Shown here one piece after another: positions 18,798 to 28,001 of a DNA stretch of 36,723 bases. Every line of letters begins with the position of its first letter. Position 1 is the stretch's first letter. The notes under the pieces are model-generated. The model was given only the letters and a program-made list of their open reading frames with translations. It did not search any database and was not told where the DNA came from. Source of the DNA: an uncultured Oscillospiraceae bacterium (lineage in GTDB: Bacteria > Bacillota > Clostridia > Oscillospirales > Oscillospiraceae). The position numbers were made by a program, and so were the translations under genes. The stretch spans positions 1 through 36,723 of the forward strand of contig CAZAOL010000001.1 of assembly GCA_964486785.1 (NCBI GenBank), read 5' to 3'.

Positions 18798-18844
18798 AGT
18801 GGAAGGCCTTGCGGCTGTGCCGCAGAGAGAGTTTTTTTGAAATG

Positions 18845-18875
18845 CAAAATGATGGTGTCCGCTTTGCGGATGGAT
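18845..18875. repeat. Dispersed 31-bp repeat, copy 2
   Basis: 28/31 identical to 8229-8259. Confidence 0.7.
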
Positions 18876-18921
18876 TTAGAATCTCCCCTACCTAAGGGGG
18901 AGGGGATGACCCCTCCGGCGT

Positions 18922-19006
18922 AGGAGATTGCCACGTCGCTGCGCTCCTCGCAATGACAGAGTTTTTGAAGGAGATTGCCACGTCGCTGCGCTCCTCGCAA
19001 TGACAG
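18922..19006. repeat. Two identical tandem 38-bp REP-like palindromes
   Basis: AGGAGATTGCCACGTCGCTGCGCTCCTCGCAATGACAG at 18922-18959 and 18969-19006 (9-bp spacer); same family as 8417-8450 and 11921-11954. Confidence 0.85.
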
Positions 19007-19087
19007 CGTGGTTTTGGGGCTGCATTTTAAGGCTATTTCGCCGGGAGACCGGCTGTAATAGAAAATTTTTAAGGAGGAAAACAAAAG

Positions 19088-22000
19088 ATGAATCAAAGCA
19101 AGCTTATCAAGCTCCTTTCTGCGTTCCTGGTGCTCGTGATGGTTCTGGGACTGATTCCCGTGTCCTCTCTGGCCGCGGTTACCGTGCCCAGCAGCATGAC
19201 ACTGGTTTCTCAGAAGGAATCCGCTTTGGCTCCCGGCGTTACCGAAACCGAAGTGACTGTTCTGGATAAGAACGGTGACCGGGTGCGGTACTTCGTTGTC
19301 AATGCGGAGGTTGCCACCAATCCTGATGTTCAGGTGAAGGCAAACTACCACGACAACGATAACACCGGTGTGTGGGGCAAGGCCACTGTTGTTGAGCAGG
19401 CCAATGCCGCCACCGAAAAGCGGGGCTACAATGTTGTAGCCAGCGTGAACGCTTCCTATTACAACGTTTCCACCGGTCAGCCTACCGGCGGCTTCGTAAT
19501 GGAGGGCGTGAACATCAACGGCAATTCTGCCGGTAACAGCTATCCGTTCTTCGCGGTTTTGAAGGACGGCACCGCTATGATTGGCCAGAAGGGTACTTTC
19601 AGCAATTACGCTGACGATGTCCAAGAGGCTGTGGGCGGCTGGACTATGCTGGTTTGGGATGGCGAGGTCGTCGCCACCAACGATACCAACAAGTATCCCC
19701 GTTCTACCGTGGGTGTTACCGCGGACGGCAACGTCATCCTGATGCAGGCTGACGGCAACCAGGCTCCCTTCTCCATCGGTTTGACGCTGGTGGAGCAGGC
19801 TCAGGTCATGCTGGAGCTGGGCTGTGTTGCTGCGGTTGAGCTGGACGGCGGCGGATCTGCCACCTATGCTGCCAAGCTGGAGGGCACCGACGAGATCGTG
19901 GTCCGCAACTCCTGCTGCGACGGCGCGGTTCGCTCTGTTTCCAACACCCTGATGGTCATTTCCACCGCTGTTGCGGACGGAACCTTTGACCATGCCAACC
20001 TGAGCACGGGCTACCAGTACTATGCACCTTATTCTCAGGTAACAATCGATGCTATCGGCGCGGATGCGGCAGGCGGCGCTGCGGAAATTCCTGCAGATGT
20101 GGCTTGGCGTCTTGCTGATGACCAGTTCGGTACGATTGAAAACGGCGTGTTCACTTCCAACGGCACCACCGGCGAAGTGACCGCGGAAATGGTCTACAAT
20201 GAAGAAACAATCGGTTCGGTGACCTTCGCTGTGGTCGATCCTGATGCCATCGCTTTCGACGCGGAAGAGAAGAGCATCCCCTACGGAAAGACTACCGCGC
20301 TGTCCGTAAGCGCGACCTACGGCCTGAACGATGTCTATCTCGGCGTGGACGCGCTGGACATCACCCTGTCTGATAATGACGCGGCTGCGGTGGATGGCGC
20401 GATGTTCACCGCCGCACCGGAAGCCTCCGGCAAGGCGGGCGTTACTGTTACCGCAACCTACAAGTACGCGGATATTGCATCCACCTCCGTGTACTACAAG
20501 TTCGGTAAGGAATCCACGGTTCTGGTCGATTTCGAAGACGGTGATGCGTCCAATTGGACCACGGATTTCAATGTCGCCAAGGATGCGTTCTCCGATAAGA
20601 CCCTGAATGATGTCCCCAACAGCAGCAACGGCATCGAAGATGGCTTGGTTACGAATTCCTACATCTCCGACGAGTATGCCAAGACCGGCGACAAGTCGCT
20701 GGCGGTCAATATCGACTACACCCAGTCTGAGTCCTTCGGTAACTGGATGTATATGTATCTGTACTACCTGGGCGATACCATGGTCTACCGCGATGTAGAA
20801 AACGGTGTTCTCGGTACCCGGCTCGGTATGTGGATGTACATCCCCGAGGAAGCGGTGGGTATGTGTGCCCGTCTGTGCTATACCTTTGATAACAACGGCA
20901 CCAAGAACGGCAACTACCTGTACCTTACTTACCAGTATGTGTCCAAGGGCTTCTCCAAGCTGACCAGCGCGACGATTCCTGAGGCAGGTTGGGCGTATGT
21001 CTATGTGGACTTCTTTGACACCAACACGGCTGGCTGTGGCGGCGATTACTTCTCCTCCCTTGAGTATGGCTCTGCCACCAACAACAAGGGTGCAAGCGGA
21101 GATTACTTCCCCGCATTCATTCAGTTCATCGCCTCCTCCTCTTACACCGGCTGTGAGAACATGACCTTCTACATTGACGACATCACTCTGGATTACGGCG
21201 ATGTTACCCCCGACCGGGATGCTCCTGTCATCTCCGATATGAAGGTCTACTCCGCTGACGGCCTGACCAGCGCGACCCTGAACAACAACACCCTCGCTTT
21301 CAACCAGATCACTGTGAATGCCGCTATCGCGGAGGATTATTCCCATGCGGCTGCCAACGCCACAGGCTTGGATCTGACCACGGCACAGGTGTACGTGGAC
21401 GGCCAGAAGGTCGCTACCAATGTTGTCAACGGCATTATGTCCTCCAGCGCGGTTACGCTGCCTGACGGCGTGCATGATATCACCTTTGAGGTTGCGGATA
21501 ACACCGGCAACTACACCAAGATCACCAAGCAGATCACAATCGCGGCGGGTACGGATTATCCTACTGTGACACTGACCGGCAGTGCTTCTACCGAAGGCAA
21601 TATCCTGAGCGGTTCTATCTACAATATGTTCCTGAATGTGGATCAGGTGGAGAAGATTCAAAGTGTTTCCACCACGATCCATCTCGGCAGTGCCTTTGAG
21701 TTTGAGACCGAGGGTCTGACGGTCCTCAATGGCTTTACTGCCACCACCTCCGTGGATGAGGCTGCCCGCACCCTGACCATTACGGTTGAGCGCACCGGCA
21801 AATCCGATTTGACCGGCGCGGCTACGCTGGCTACGATTCCTGCCCGTATGTGGTACTGGAATGCGGAACGCACCGGTATTTCCGCTATCGATCAGTGGAA
21901 TGGCGTGAACGGCGGTGGAGCTTGTACTCCCGTTCTGACCTTCAACTACAAGATTTGGGCCGGTTCCGTTTCCTATGTTGATGGCTACACCGTTGAAGAC

Positions 22001-23707
22001 GCGGCTTATGTCCCCGGCTTCTCCAATATGAAGGCATCCCTGACTACCGAGCTGAATACCGGTATCGGCAACCTGAAGAGTTCCGGTCTGTACTGGCATG
22101 TCCATGAGGATTACAAGGACACTTGGGTCACTGAGAGCGTGGATGCCACCTGCACCGAGAATGGCTACACTGACCGTGTGACCTGCACCAAGTGTAACTC
22201 TGTGATTCATTGGGGCACTGTCTATGCCACCGGCCACAGCTATGAGCTGGTTGACGGCGTTTACGGCTGCGCCTGCGGCGAAAAGTTCAACGGCGAGGAG
22301 AACGGTGTTCTCTATGTGGACGGTGTAGCCGCTGCCGGCTGGATTGGCGAGAGCTACTATGTTGACGGCGTGAAGCTCACCGGCGTGCAGCTAATCGACG
22401 GCATCTACTATGATTTGGGCGACGACGGCATCAGCACCGGCGCATACACCGGTCTGATGACCATTGACGATGCGCTGTACTATGTGCAGCTCGGCGAGTT
22501 TGCTTCCGGTTGGAACTACATCGACGGCTATTACTACTTCTTCTCCAGAACTACTTATAAGGCCTACAATGGTGTCGCCAATGTTGACGGTCATATCTAT
22601 GAGTTCGAGGATTACAAGCTGGTCACCGGCGATTTGGTTGTGACCGAGGATGGTATTAAGTACTATTGGGCAGGAAAGCTGGCTCCCAATGGCTGGACTA
22701 CCATTAAGGGCAATACCTACTACATTTACAAGGGCTATGCCTTTACCGGCATCCACGCAATCGACTCCTCCCGTTACGCGGGCGATCTGAGATACTACAT
22801 GTTTGGCGATGATGGTGTTCTGATCTGCATGCTGGACGGTTTGTACGATGGCGTTTATTATAAGGAAGGCGAGAAGATTCCTTATCTGGGCCTGGTGAAG
22901 TTTGAGGGCAACTATTACTATGTCAACGACAACGCTTGTGTCGTGACGAATACTACCCGTTATGTCAAGACCACCAACGGTCTGACTTGGTCCGACGGCA
23001 CTGCAATCGCTCAGGGCTACTACACCTTTGATGCTGACGGAAAGCTGGTCATCAAGCACGGCGCTGATGCCGATGGTTACTTCTACATCAATGGTGCTAA
23101 GCAGAAGGCTTATCAGCTGATTCAGGACGACAACGGCGATTTCTACTTCATCGGTGACTATCACAAGTACATCACCAATAAGACTCAGTACCTGTCCTCC
23201 GCCCGTCTGGAAGGCACTGGATTCTCCGCCGGATACTATGAATTCGGCGCGGATGGCAAGATGATCATCAAGAACGGTGCTAATGCTGACGGATTCTTCT
23301 ATGTCAATGGCACGAAGGCGAAGGCTTATCAGCTGATTCAGGATGCTAACGGCGATTTCTACTTCATCGGTGACTACCACAAGTACATCACTAATAAGAC
23401 TCAGTATCTGTCCTCCGCCCGTCTGGAAGGCACCGGCTTGCAGGCTGGTTACTATGAATTCGGTGCTGACGGCAAGATGATCATCAAGAACGGTGCTAAT
23501 GCTGACGGATTCTTCTATGTCAATGGCACGAAGGCGAAGGCTTATCAGCTGATTCAGGATGCTAACGGCGACTTCTACTTCATCGGTGACTACCACAAGT
23601 ACATCACCAATAAGACTCAGTACCTGTCCGCTGCCCGCGTAGAGGGCACTGGCCTTACCGCTGGCTACTACTACTTCGGCGCTGACGGTAAGCTGGTCAT
23701 CGAGTAA
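19088..23707 (+). CDS. Large secreted/cell-surface protein with N-terminal phosphodiester glycosidase (NAGPA-like) domain and C-terminal wall-binding-like repeats
   Basis: Signal peptide (MNQSKLIKLL...SSLA); VNASYYN, AVGG.TMLV.DG, PRSTVGV, DGNQ..SIGLTL and LGCVAAVELDGGGS motifs; Thr/Val-rich beta domains; ATCTENG Cys motif; aromatic-rich YYxFGADGK repeats; AAGGAGG RBS. Confidence 0.82.
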   Translation: MNQSKLIKLLSAFLVLVMVLGLIPVSSLAAVTVPSSMTLVSQKESALAPGVTETEVTVLDKNGDRVRYFVVNAEVATNPDVQVKANYHDNDNTGVWGKATVVEQANAATEKRGYNVVASVNASYYNVSTGQPTGGFVMEGVNINGNSAGNSYPFFAVLKDGTAMIGQKGTFSNYADDVQEAVGGWTMLVWDGEVVATNDTNKYPRSTVGVTADGNVILMQADGNQAPFSIGLTLVEQAQVMLELGCVAAVELDGGGSATYAAKLEGTDEIVVRNSCCDGAVRSVSNTLMVISTAVADGTFDHANLSTGYQYYAPYSQVTIDAIGADAAGGAAEIPADVAWRLADDQFGTIENGVFTSNGTTGEVTAEMVYNEETIGSVTFAVVDPDAIAFDAEEKSIPYGKTTALSVSATYGLNDVYLGVDALDITLSDNDAAAVDGAMFTAAPEASGKAGVTVTATYKYADIASTSVYYKFGKESTVLVDFEDGDASNWTTDFNVAKDAFSDKTLNDVPNSSNGIEDGLVTNSYISDEYAKTGDKSLAVNIDYTQSESFGNWMYMYLYYLGDTMVYRDVENGVLGTRLGMWMYIPEEAVGMCARLCYTFDNNGTKNGNYLYLTYQYVSKGFSKLTSATIPEAGWAYVYVDFFDTNTAGCGGDYFSSLEYGSATNNKGASGDYFPAFIQFIASSSYTGCENMTFYIDDITLDYGDVTPDRDAPVISDMKVYSADGLTSATLNNNTLAFNQITVNAAIAEDYSHAAANATGLDLTTAQVYVDGQKVATNVVNGIMSSSAVTLPDGVHDITFEVADNTGNYTKITKQITIAAGTDYPTVTLTGSASTEGNILSGSIYNMFLNVDQVEKIQSVSTTIHLGSAFEFETEGLTVLNGFTATTSVDEAARTLTITVERTGKSDLTGAATLATIPARMWYWNAERTGISAIDQWNGVNGGGACTPVLTFNYKIWAGSVSYVDGYTVEDAAYVPGFSNMKASLTTELNTGIGNLKSSGLYWHVHEDYKDTWVTESVDATCTENGYTDRVTCTKCNSVIHWGTVYATGHSYELVDGVYGCACGEKFNGEENGVLYVDGVAAAGWIGESYYVDGVKLTGVQLIDGIYYDLGDDGISTGAYTGLMTIDDALYYVQLGEFASGWNYIDGYYYFFSRTTYKAYNGVANVDGHIYEFEDYKLVTGDLVVTEDGIKYYWAGKLAPNGWTTIKGNTYYIYKGYAFTGIHAIDSSRYAGDLRYYMFGDDGVLICMLDGLYDGVYYKEGEKIPYLGLVKFEGNYYYVNDNACVVTNTTRYVKTTNGLTWSDGTAIAQGYYTFDADGKLVIKHGADADGYFYINGAKQKAYQLIQDDNGDFYFIGDYHKYITNKTQYLSSARLEGTGFSAGYYEFGADGKMIIKNGANADGFFYVNGTKAKAYQLIQDANGDFYFIGDYHKYITNKTQYLSSARLEGTGLQAGYYEFGADGKMIIKNGANADGFFYVNGTKAKAYQLIQDANGDFYFIGDYHKYITNKTQYLSAARVEGTGLTAGYYYFGADGKLVIE
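23053..23700 (+). repeat. Three tandem 216-bp (72-aa) intragenic repeats
   Basis: AAGGCTTATCAGCTGATTCAGGA recurs at 23105, 23321 and 23537 (period 216). Confidence 0.92.
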
Positions 23708-23811
23708 TCTCACACCGGCTCGAAAGCCTGGATTTTAACGCATAAGGATGTCCCAATGAGAAGGTGATCTGCCTTCCATTTGGCATCCGGCGCAATTGTA
23801 ACTACCTACGG

Positions 23812-23857
23812 TTTCCGTCCCTCCCTATTTCGAGAGGGAGGGACGGAAATTGATTTT
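23812..23857 (+). terminator. 15-bp perfect hairpin: terminator or mRNA-stabilising stem-loop
   Basis: TTTCCGTCCCTCCCT (23812-23826) pairs with AGGGAGGGACGGAAA (23835-23849), followed by TTGATTTT. Confidence 0.7.
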
Positions 23858-23869
23858 ACAGGAGGTCCT

Positions 23870-24424
23870 ATGAGAAGACTGCTGGGAAATTTGATTTCAA
23901 CGGCCTATTCCCTCGTCCGGTTCGCCGTTATGAAATGCTTTCATTTCAAGTCCTTTCATTTTTACTGTATTGAGCGGTTTTCTCCCAATGTGGACATCCG
24001 GCTGGACAGAAAATCCACTCTGAAGCTGGGGAAGCGAATCAGAGCCCATTCCGGTACGAAGCTTTGCGCCGTTGCCGGTGGACGGTTGACGATTGGCGAT
24101 AGCTGCCGCATCAACAGCAAGTGCCTGTTTGTCTGCCGTCACGAGATCAATATCGGCGCGGGCGTGGAATTCGGCCCCGGTGTGGTGGTCTACGATCACG
24201 ACCATGACTTCCGTCACAAGGACGGCATGGGGGCAAGGGCATATCTATACGCTCCGGTAAATATCGGAGAAGGCGCATGGATCGGTGCCAACGCCATCAT
24301 TCTTCGAGGCGTGAATATCGGCAAGAACTGTGTAATTGCCGCGGGAAGCGTGGTCACCGGGGATGTTCCGGACAATACGATTCTGGTGCAGAAACGGGAG
24401 AATACACTGATCCCAATTAAATGA
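23870..24424 (+). CDS. Hexapeptide-repeat acyltransferase (maltose/galactoside O-acetyltransferase-like)
   Basis: Start re-called to ATG 23870 after AGGAGG. YDHDHD and IGEGAWIGANAIILRGVNIGKNCVIAAGSVV motifs. Confidence 0.88.
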   Translation: MRRLLGNLISTAYSLVRFAVMKCFHFKSFHFYCIERFSPNVDIRLDRKSTLKLGKRIRAHSGTKLCAVAGGRLTIGDSCRINSKCLFVCRHEINIGAGVEFGPGVVVYDHDHDFRHKDGMGARAYLYAPVNIGEGAWIGANAIILRGVNIGKNCVIAAGSVVTGDVPDNTILVQKRENTLIPIK

Positions 24425-24448
24425 CCCACAGACGGAGGAAAGGCTGCC

Positions 24449-25633
24449 ATGGAGCGAATCGCACAAATCAACGTGACCTGCGGAAGCGGCAGCACCGGGA
24501 AGATCTGCGTTTCCGTCAGTAAGCTGCTGACGGAGCGGAGTGTGGAAAACTACATCTTCTATGCCGCCGGAAACGGTGACTATCCCCTGGGGCGGCGGTA
24601 TATGCGCTCTAAGGAAATCAGGTTGCAGACTCTGCGCTCCAGAATTTTCGGAAACTACGGCTTTAATTCCCGGGGGGCGACCAAAAGGTTACTGGCCCTG
24701 CTGGAGGAAATCAAACCAACCATCGTACATTTACACAATCTGCACGGACACAATGTGCATTTGGAAATGCTGTTTTCCTATTTGAAGGAGAAGAAGATAA
24801 AGGTCTACTGGACCTTTCATGATTGCTGGGCATTTACCGGCTATTGCCCGCATTTCGATATGGTAGGCTGCCAACGGTGGAAGACCGGTTGCGAAAAATG
24901 TCCGCAGCGGGGCAGCTATAGCTGGTTTTTTGATAGAAGCAAATATTTATACGAAAGCAAGAAGAAGGCTTTTGCCGGTCTGGATTTGACAATCGTCACG
25001 CCATCTCAGTGGCTGGCAGACCGGGTAAAGGAATCTTTTTTATATAATTACGGGGTCCGCGTTATCAACAATGGCATCGACCTTTCCGTGTTCTATCCCA
25101 GAGAAAGTGATTTTCGGGAGAAATACGCGCTGAAGGACAAGCACCTTGTTTTGGGTGTTGCCTTCGGCTGGGGCAGGCGAAAGGGCTTGGACGTGTTCTG
25201 TGAACTGGCGAGGCGGTTGGACGACCGCTTCCAAATCGTGCTGGTGGGCACCAATAATCAGGTGGACAAACAATTGCCGAAGAATATCATTTCCATCCAC
25301 CGCACCCAAGATCAGGTGGAGCTGGCGGAAATTTATTCCGCGGCGGATGTGTTCGTCAATCCCACCAGAGAAGAAAATTATCCCACCACCCACATGGAGT
25401 CCATTGCTTGCGGCACGCCTGTGGTCGCCTTTGCTACCGGCGGCTGCGGAGAGATGCTGGGCAGTTGTGGCTGCGTAGTCCCCAAGAATGACATCGATGC
25501 GCTGGAGAAAGAAATCCTGCGCTGCTGCCTGGAGCGCTCCTATACGAAAGAGGCCTGCGTCCAATGGGCAAAGGGCTTTGACGAAGGGGATCGCTTTCGG
25601 GAATATATCCGGCTTTACGGATTAGAGGAGTAA
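24449..25633 (+). CDS. Family 4 glycosyltransferase (WcaC-like)
   Basis: GSTGKI, VHLHNLHG, WTFHDCWAFTGYC, VTPSQWL, INNGID and ENYPTTHME motifs. Confidence 0.9.
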   Translation: MERIAQINVTCGSGSTGKICVSVSKLLTERSVENYIFYAAGNGDYPLGRRYMRSKEIRLQTLRSRIFGNYGFNSRGATKRLLALLEEIKPTIVHLHNLHGHNVHLEMLFSYLKEKKIKVYWTFHDCWAFTGYCPHFDMVGCQRWKTGCEKCPQRGSYSWFFDRSKYLYESKKKAFAGLDLTIVTPSQWLADRVKESFLYNYGVRVINNGIDLSVFYPRESDFREKYALKDKHLVLGVAFGWGRRKGLDVFCELARRLDDRFQIVLVGTNNQVDKQLPKNIISIHRTQDQVELAEIYSAADVFVNPTREENYPTTHMESIACGTPVVAFATGGCGEMLGSCGCVVPKNDIDALEKEILRCCLERSYTKEACVQWAKGFDEGDRFREYIRLYGLEE

Positions 25634-25639
25634 GAAACA

Positions 25640-26929
25640 GTGAGCATAGGGAACAACAAGGTGTTGAAAAATGCCGGATGGATCATCGGCTGCAAGATCG
25701 CTCAGGCTATGTTGGGCCTGGTGGTCACCATGCTGTCGGCTCGCTATCTCGGCCCATCTAACTATGGACTGATCAGCTATGCGGCATCTATTGTGGCGTT
25801 TTTTGTGCCGGTGATGCAGTTGGGACTGAATTCTACCTTAGTTCAGGAGATCATCAATACACCGGAAAAGGAAGGGCAGACACTGGGGACGGCATTGGTT
25901 ATGAGCCTGATTTCCGGCGTGGCGTGCATCGGTGGGATCGGTGCGTTTTCCGCTCTGGTTGCCCCGGGAGAGACCGAAACGATAGTAGTGTGCGTGCTGT
26001 ATAGCGTGCAGCTGATCTTTCAGAGCCTGGAAATGATCCAGTATTGGTTTCAGGCAAAGCTCCTGTCTAAGTATACCGCTATAGCCATGCTGGTGTCCTA
26101 TGCCGTCGTTTCGGCGTACAAGATCATCCTGCTGATTTCCGGCAGCCATATTTACTGGTTTGCCATTTCTCAGGCGGTGGACTTTGGCATCATTGCTATG
26201 ACACTGCTGGTGATGTACCATAAACTGTCTCCCCAGCGGTTGAGCGTTTCCTGGACTCGGGCCAAGGAAATGTTTGGTAGAAGCAAGCACTACATCCTCT
26301 CCGGGATGATGGTCACGGTTTTTGCCCAAACGGACAAGATTATGCTCAAGTTGATGCTGGATGAGGCGGCGGTGGGCTACTATTCTGCCGCAGTAACCTG
26401 TTCTTCTATGTCGGCGTTTGTGTTTATTGCAATCATCGATTCCGCCAGACCGTCCATTTTGCAAAGCAAAAAAGTGGGAGAAGCGAAATTTGAGAATAAT
26501 GTGAGCGCGCTATATTCCGTTGTCTTCTACTTGGCATTATTACAATGTGTGGTCATTACACTTTTTTCCGATTTCATTGTGGGCATCCTGTACGGCAGCG
26601 CATATGGGGAAACTGTGGATACATTGCGGATCGTGGTCTGGTATACAACCTTTTCTTATCTGGGCAGCGTCCGAAATGTTTGGATTCTGGCTGAGGGAAA
26701 ACAGTCTTATTTGTGGATGATCAATCTGTTTGGCGCATTGGCCAATGTGGTTTTAAATTCCTGCTTGATTCCGGTTTGGGGCATCAAGGGCGCGGCGGTT
26801 GCATCTCTGCTTACGCAAATGTTTACAAATATTGGCGTCGGCTTTATTATTAAAGCGATTCGTCCCAACAATAGGCTTATGCTGAAGGGACTGAATATAA
26901 AAATGATCATCGACTTTATGAAGCATTAA
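25640..26929 (+). CDS. wzx: Polysaccharide flippase (Wzx)
   Basis: About 12 TM segments; ARYLGPSNYG, DKIMLKLM, VGYYSAA and LIPVWGIKGAAVAS motifs. Confidence 0.9.
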   Translation: MSIGNNKVLKNAGWIIGCKIAQAMLGLVVTMLSARYLGPSNYGLISYAASIVAFFVPVMQLGLNSTLVQEIINTPEKEGQTLGTALVMSLISGVACIGGIGAFSALVAPGETETIVVCVLYSVQLIFQSLEMIQYWFQAKLLSKYTAIAMLVSYAVVSAYKIILLISGSHIYWFAISQAVDFGIIAMTLLVMYHKLSPQRLSVSWTRAKEMFGRSKHYILSGMMVTVFAQTDKIMLKLMLDEAAVGYYSAAVTCSSMSAFVFIAIIDSARPSILQSKKVGEAKFENNVSALYSVVFYLALLQCVVITLFSDFIVGILYGSAYGETVDTLRIVVWYTTFSYLGSVRNVWILAEGKQSYLWMINLFGALANVVLNSCLIPVWGIKGAAVASLLTQMFTNIGVGFIIKAIRPNNRLMLKGLNIKMIIDFMKH

Positions 26930-26950
26930 TTAGTATTAAGGAAGAATAAT

Positions 26951-27940
26951 ATGAAAATTGATTTTGTTGTCCCGTGGGTGGATGGCTCGGATATCCAGTG
27001 GCAAAAGGAAAAAGCCGCGTATACCGGGATCCCTGTCAGGGAAAACGATGTTCAATACCGCGATTACGGGCTGTTTAAGTATTGGTTTCGCGCCGTGGAG
27101 GAATATGCGCCATGGGTGAATCGGATATTTCTGGTCACCTGCGGACAAGTCCCGGAGTTTCTCGATACCCAGCATCCCAAGCTTTGTTTGGTGCATCACA
27201 GGGATTATATGCCTGAGGAGTATTTGCCCACCTTTAGCGCAAACCCCATTGAGCTGAACCTTCACCGGATTCCTGAGCTTTCGGAACATTTCGTTTATTT
27301 TAACGATGATGAGCTGCTGAACAGCCCTGTACAGCCTGAGGATTTTTTCGTGGACGGTCTTCCTAAATTCAGTGCCATCTTATCTGAATTTACTCCATCC
27401 ATCGTCAACGATACTTTTCAGCATTTTCTGTGCAATGACATTGCGTTTCTGAATTCTCATTTCAAAAAGAAGGATGTTATCAAGAAAAACCTAAGGAAAT
27501 GGTATTCCCCAGTATACGGGAAATGGTTGATTAAGAACATTTATCATTCTCTGATGGGCAGCCATGGCTTTTCTATGATACAGAATTTTCATATGCCGGC
27601 CCCTATGCTGAAATCCACATATGAAAAGGTTTGGGAATTAGAGCCGGACTTGCTGCACCAAACATCCCTCCATAAAACCAGAAGCGTATTGGATGTTAAT
27701 CAGTACATCATGAGCTTTTATGATATGGGTACAGGCAATTTTGTTCCCCGAGATCCCCGAACAGGCTGCTATTATGAGATCGGGAAATCGGACGATGCGC
27801 TTTGCGATGATATCCGAAAAGGTAAGCATCAATTGATTTGCATCAATGATACAGAATGTGATAACTATTCGCAGACGATCGAGAAGCTGCTAGACGCTCT
27901 TAACAGTAAATTTCCGACAAAATCCTCGTTTGAAAAATAG
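26951..27940 (+). CDS. Stealth-family hexose-1-phosphoryl transferase (CpsY-like)
   Basis: CR1 IDFVVPWVDGSD; CR2 APWVNRIFLVT...LPTFSANPIELNLHRIPELSEHFVYFNDD; CR3 HMPAPMLKS; CR4 CIND...FPTKSSFEK. Confidence 0.93.
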   Translation: MKIDFVVPWVDGSDIQWQKEKAAYTGIPVRENDVQYRDYGLFKYWFRAVEEYAPWVNRIFLVTCGQVPEFLDTQHPKLCLVHHRDYMPEEYLPTFSANPIELNLHRIPELSEHFVYFNDDELLNSPVQPEDFFVDGLPKFSAILSEFTPSIVNDTFQHFLCNDIAFLNSHFKKKDVIKKNLRKWYSPVYGKWLIKNIYHSLMGSHGFSMIQNFHMPAPMLKSTYEKVWELEPDLLHQTSLHKTRSVLDVNQYIMSFYDMGTGNFVPRDPRTGCYYEIGKSDDALCDDIRKGKHQLICINDTECDNYSQTIEKLLDALNSKFPTKSSFEK

Positions 27941-28001
27941 AGATTCAGTAGAAAGATCCATAGTACAGTAAGCAGAAATTCCGCGCAAGGAAGGAGCTGG
28001 C

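Noticed and set aside
18922..19006. Possible CRISPR array
   Set aside because: Only two repeats with a 9-bp spacer, no cas genes, and the same family is dispersed elsewhere in the window.
23053..23700. Diversity-generating retroelement template/variable repeat pair
   Set aside because: The repeats are tandem and in-frame, differences are not adenine-specific, and no reverse transcriptase is present.
18761..23713. Very long antisense ORFs (18761-22237, 1158 aa; 22391-23713, 440 aa)
   Set aside because: Shadow frames of the strongly codon-biased 1539-aa gene; no recognisable motifs, and one runs through REP repeats.
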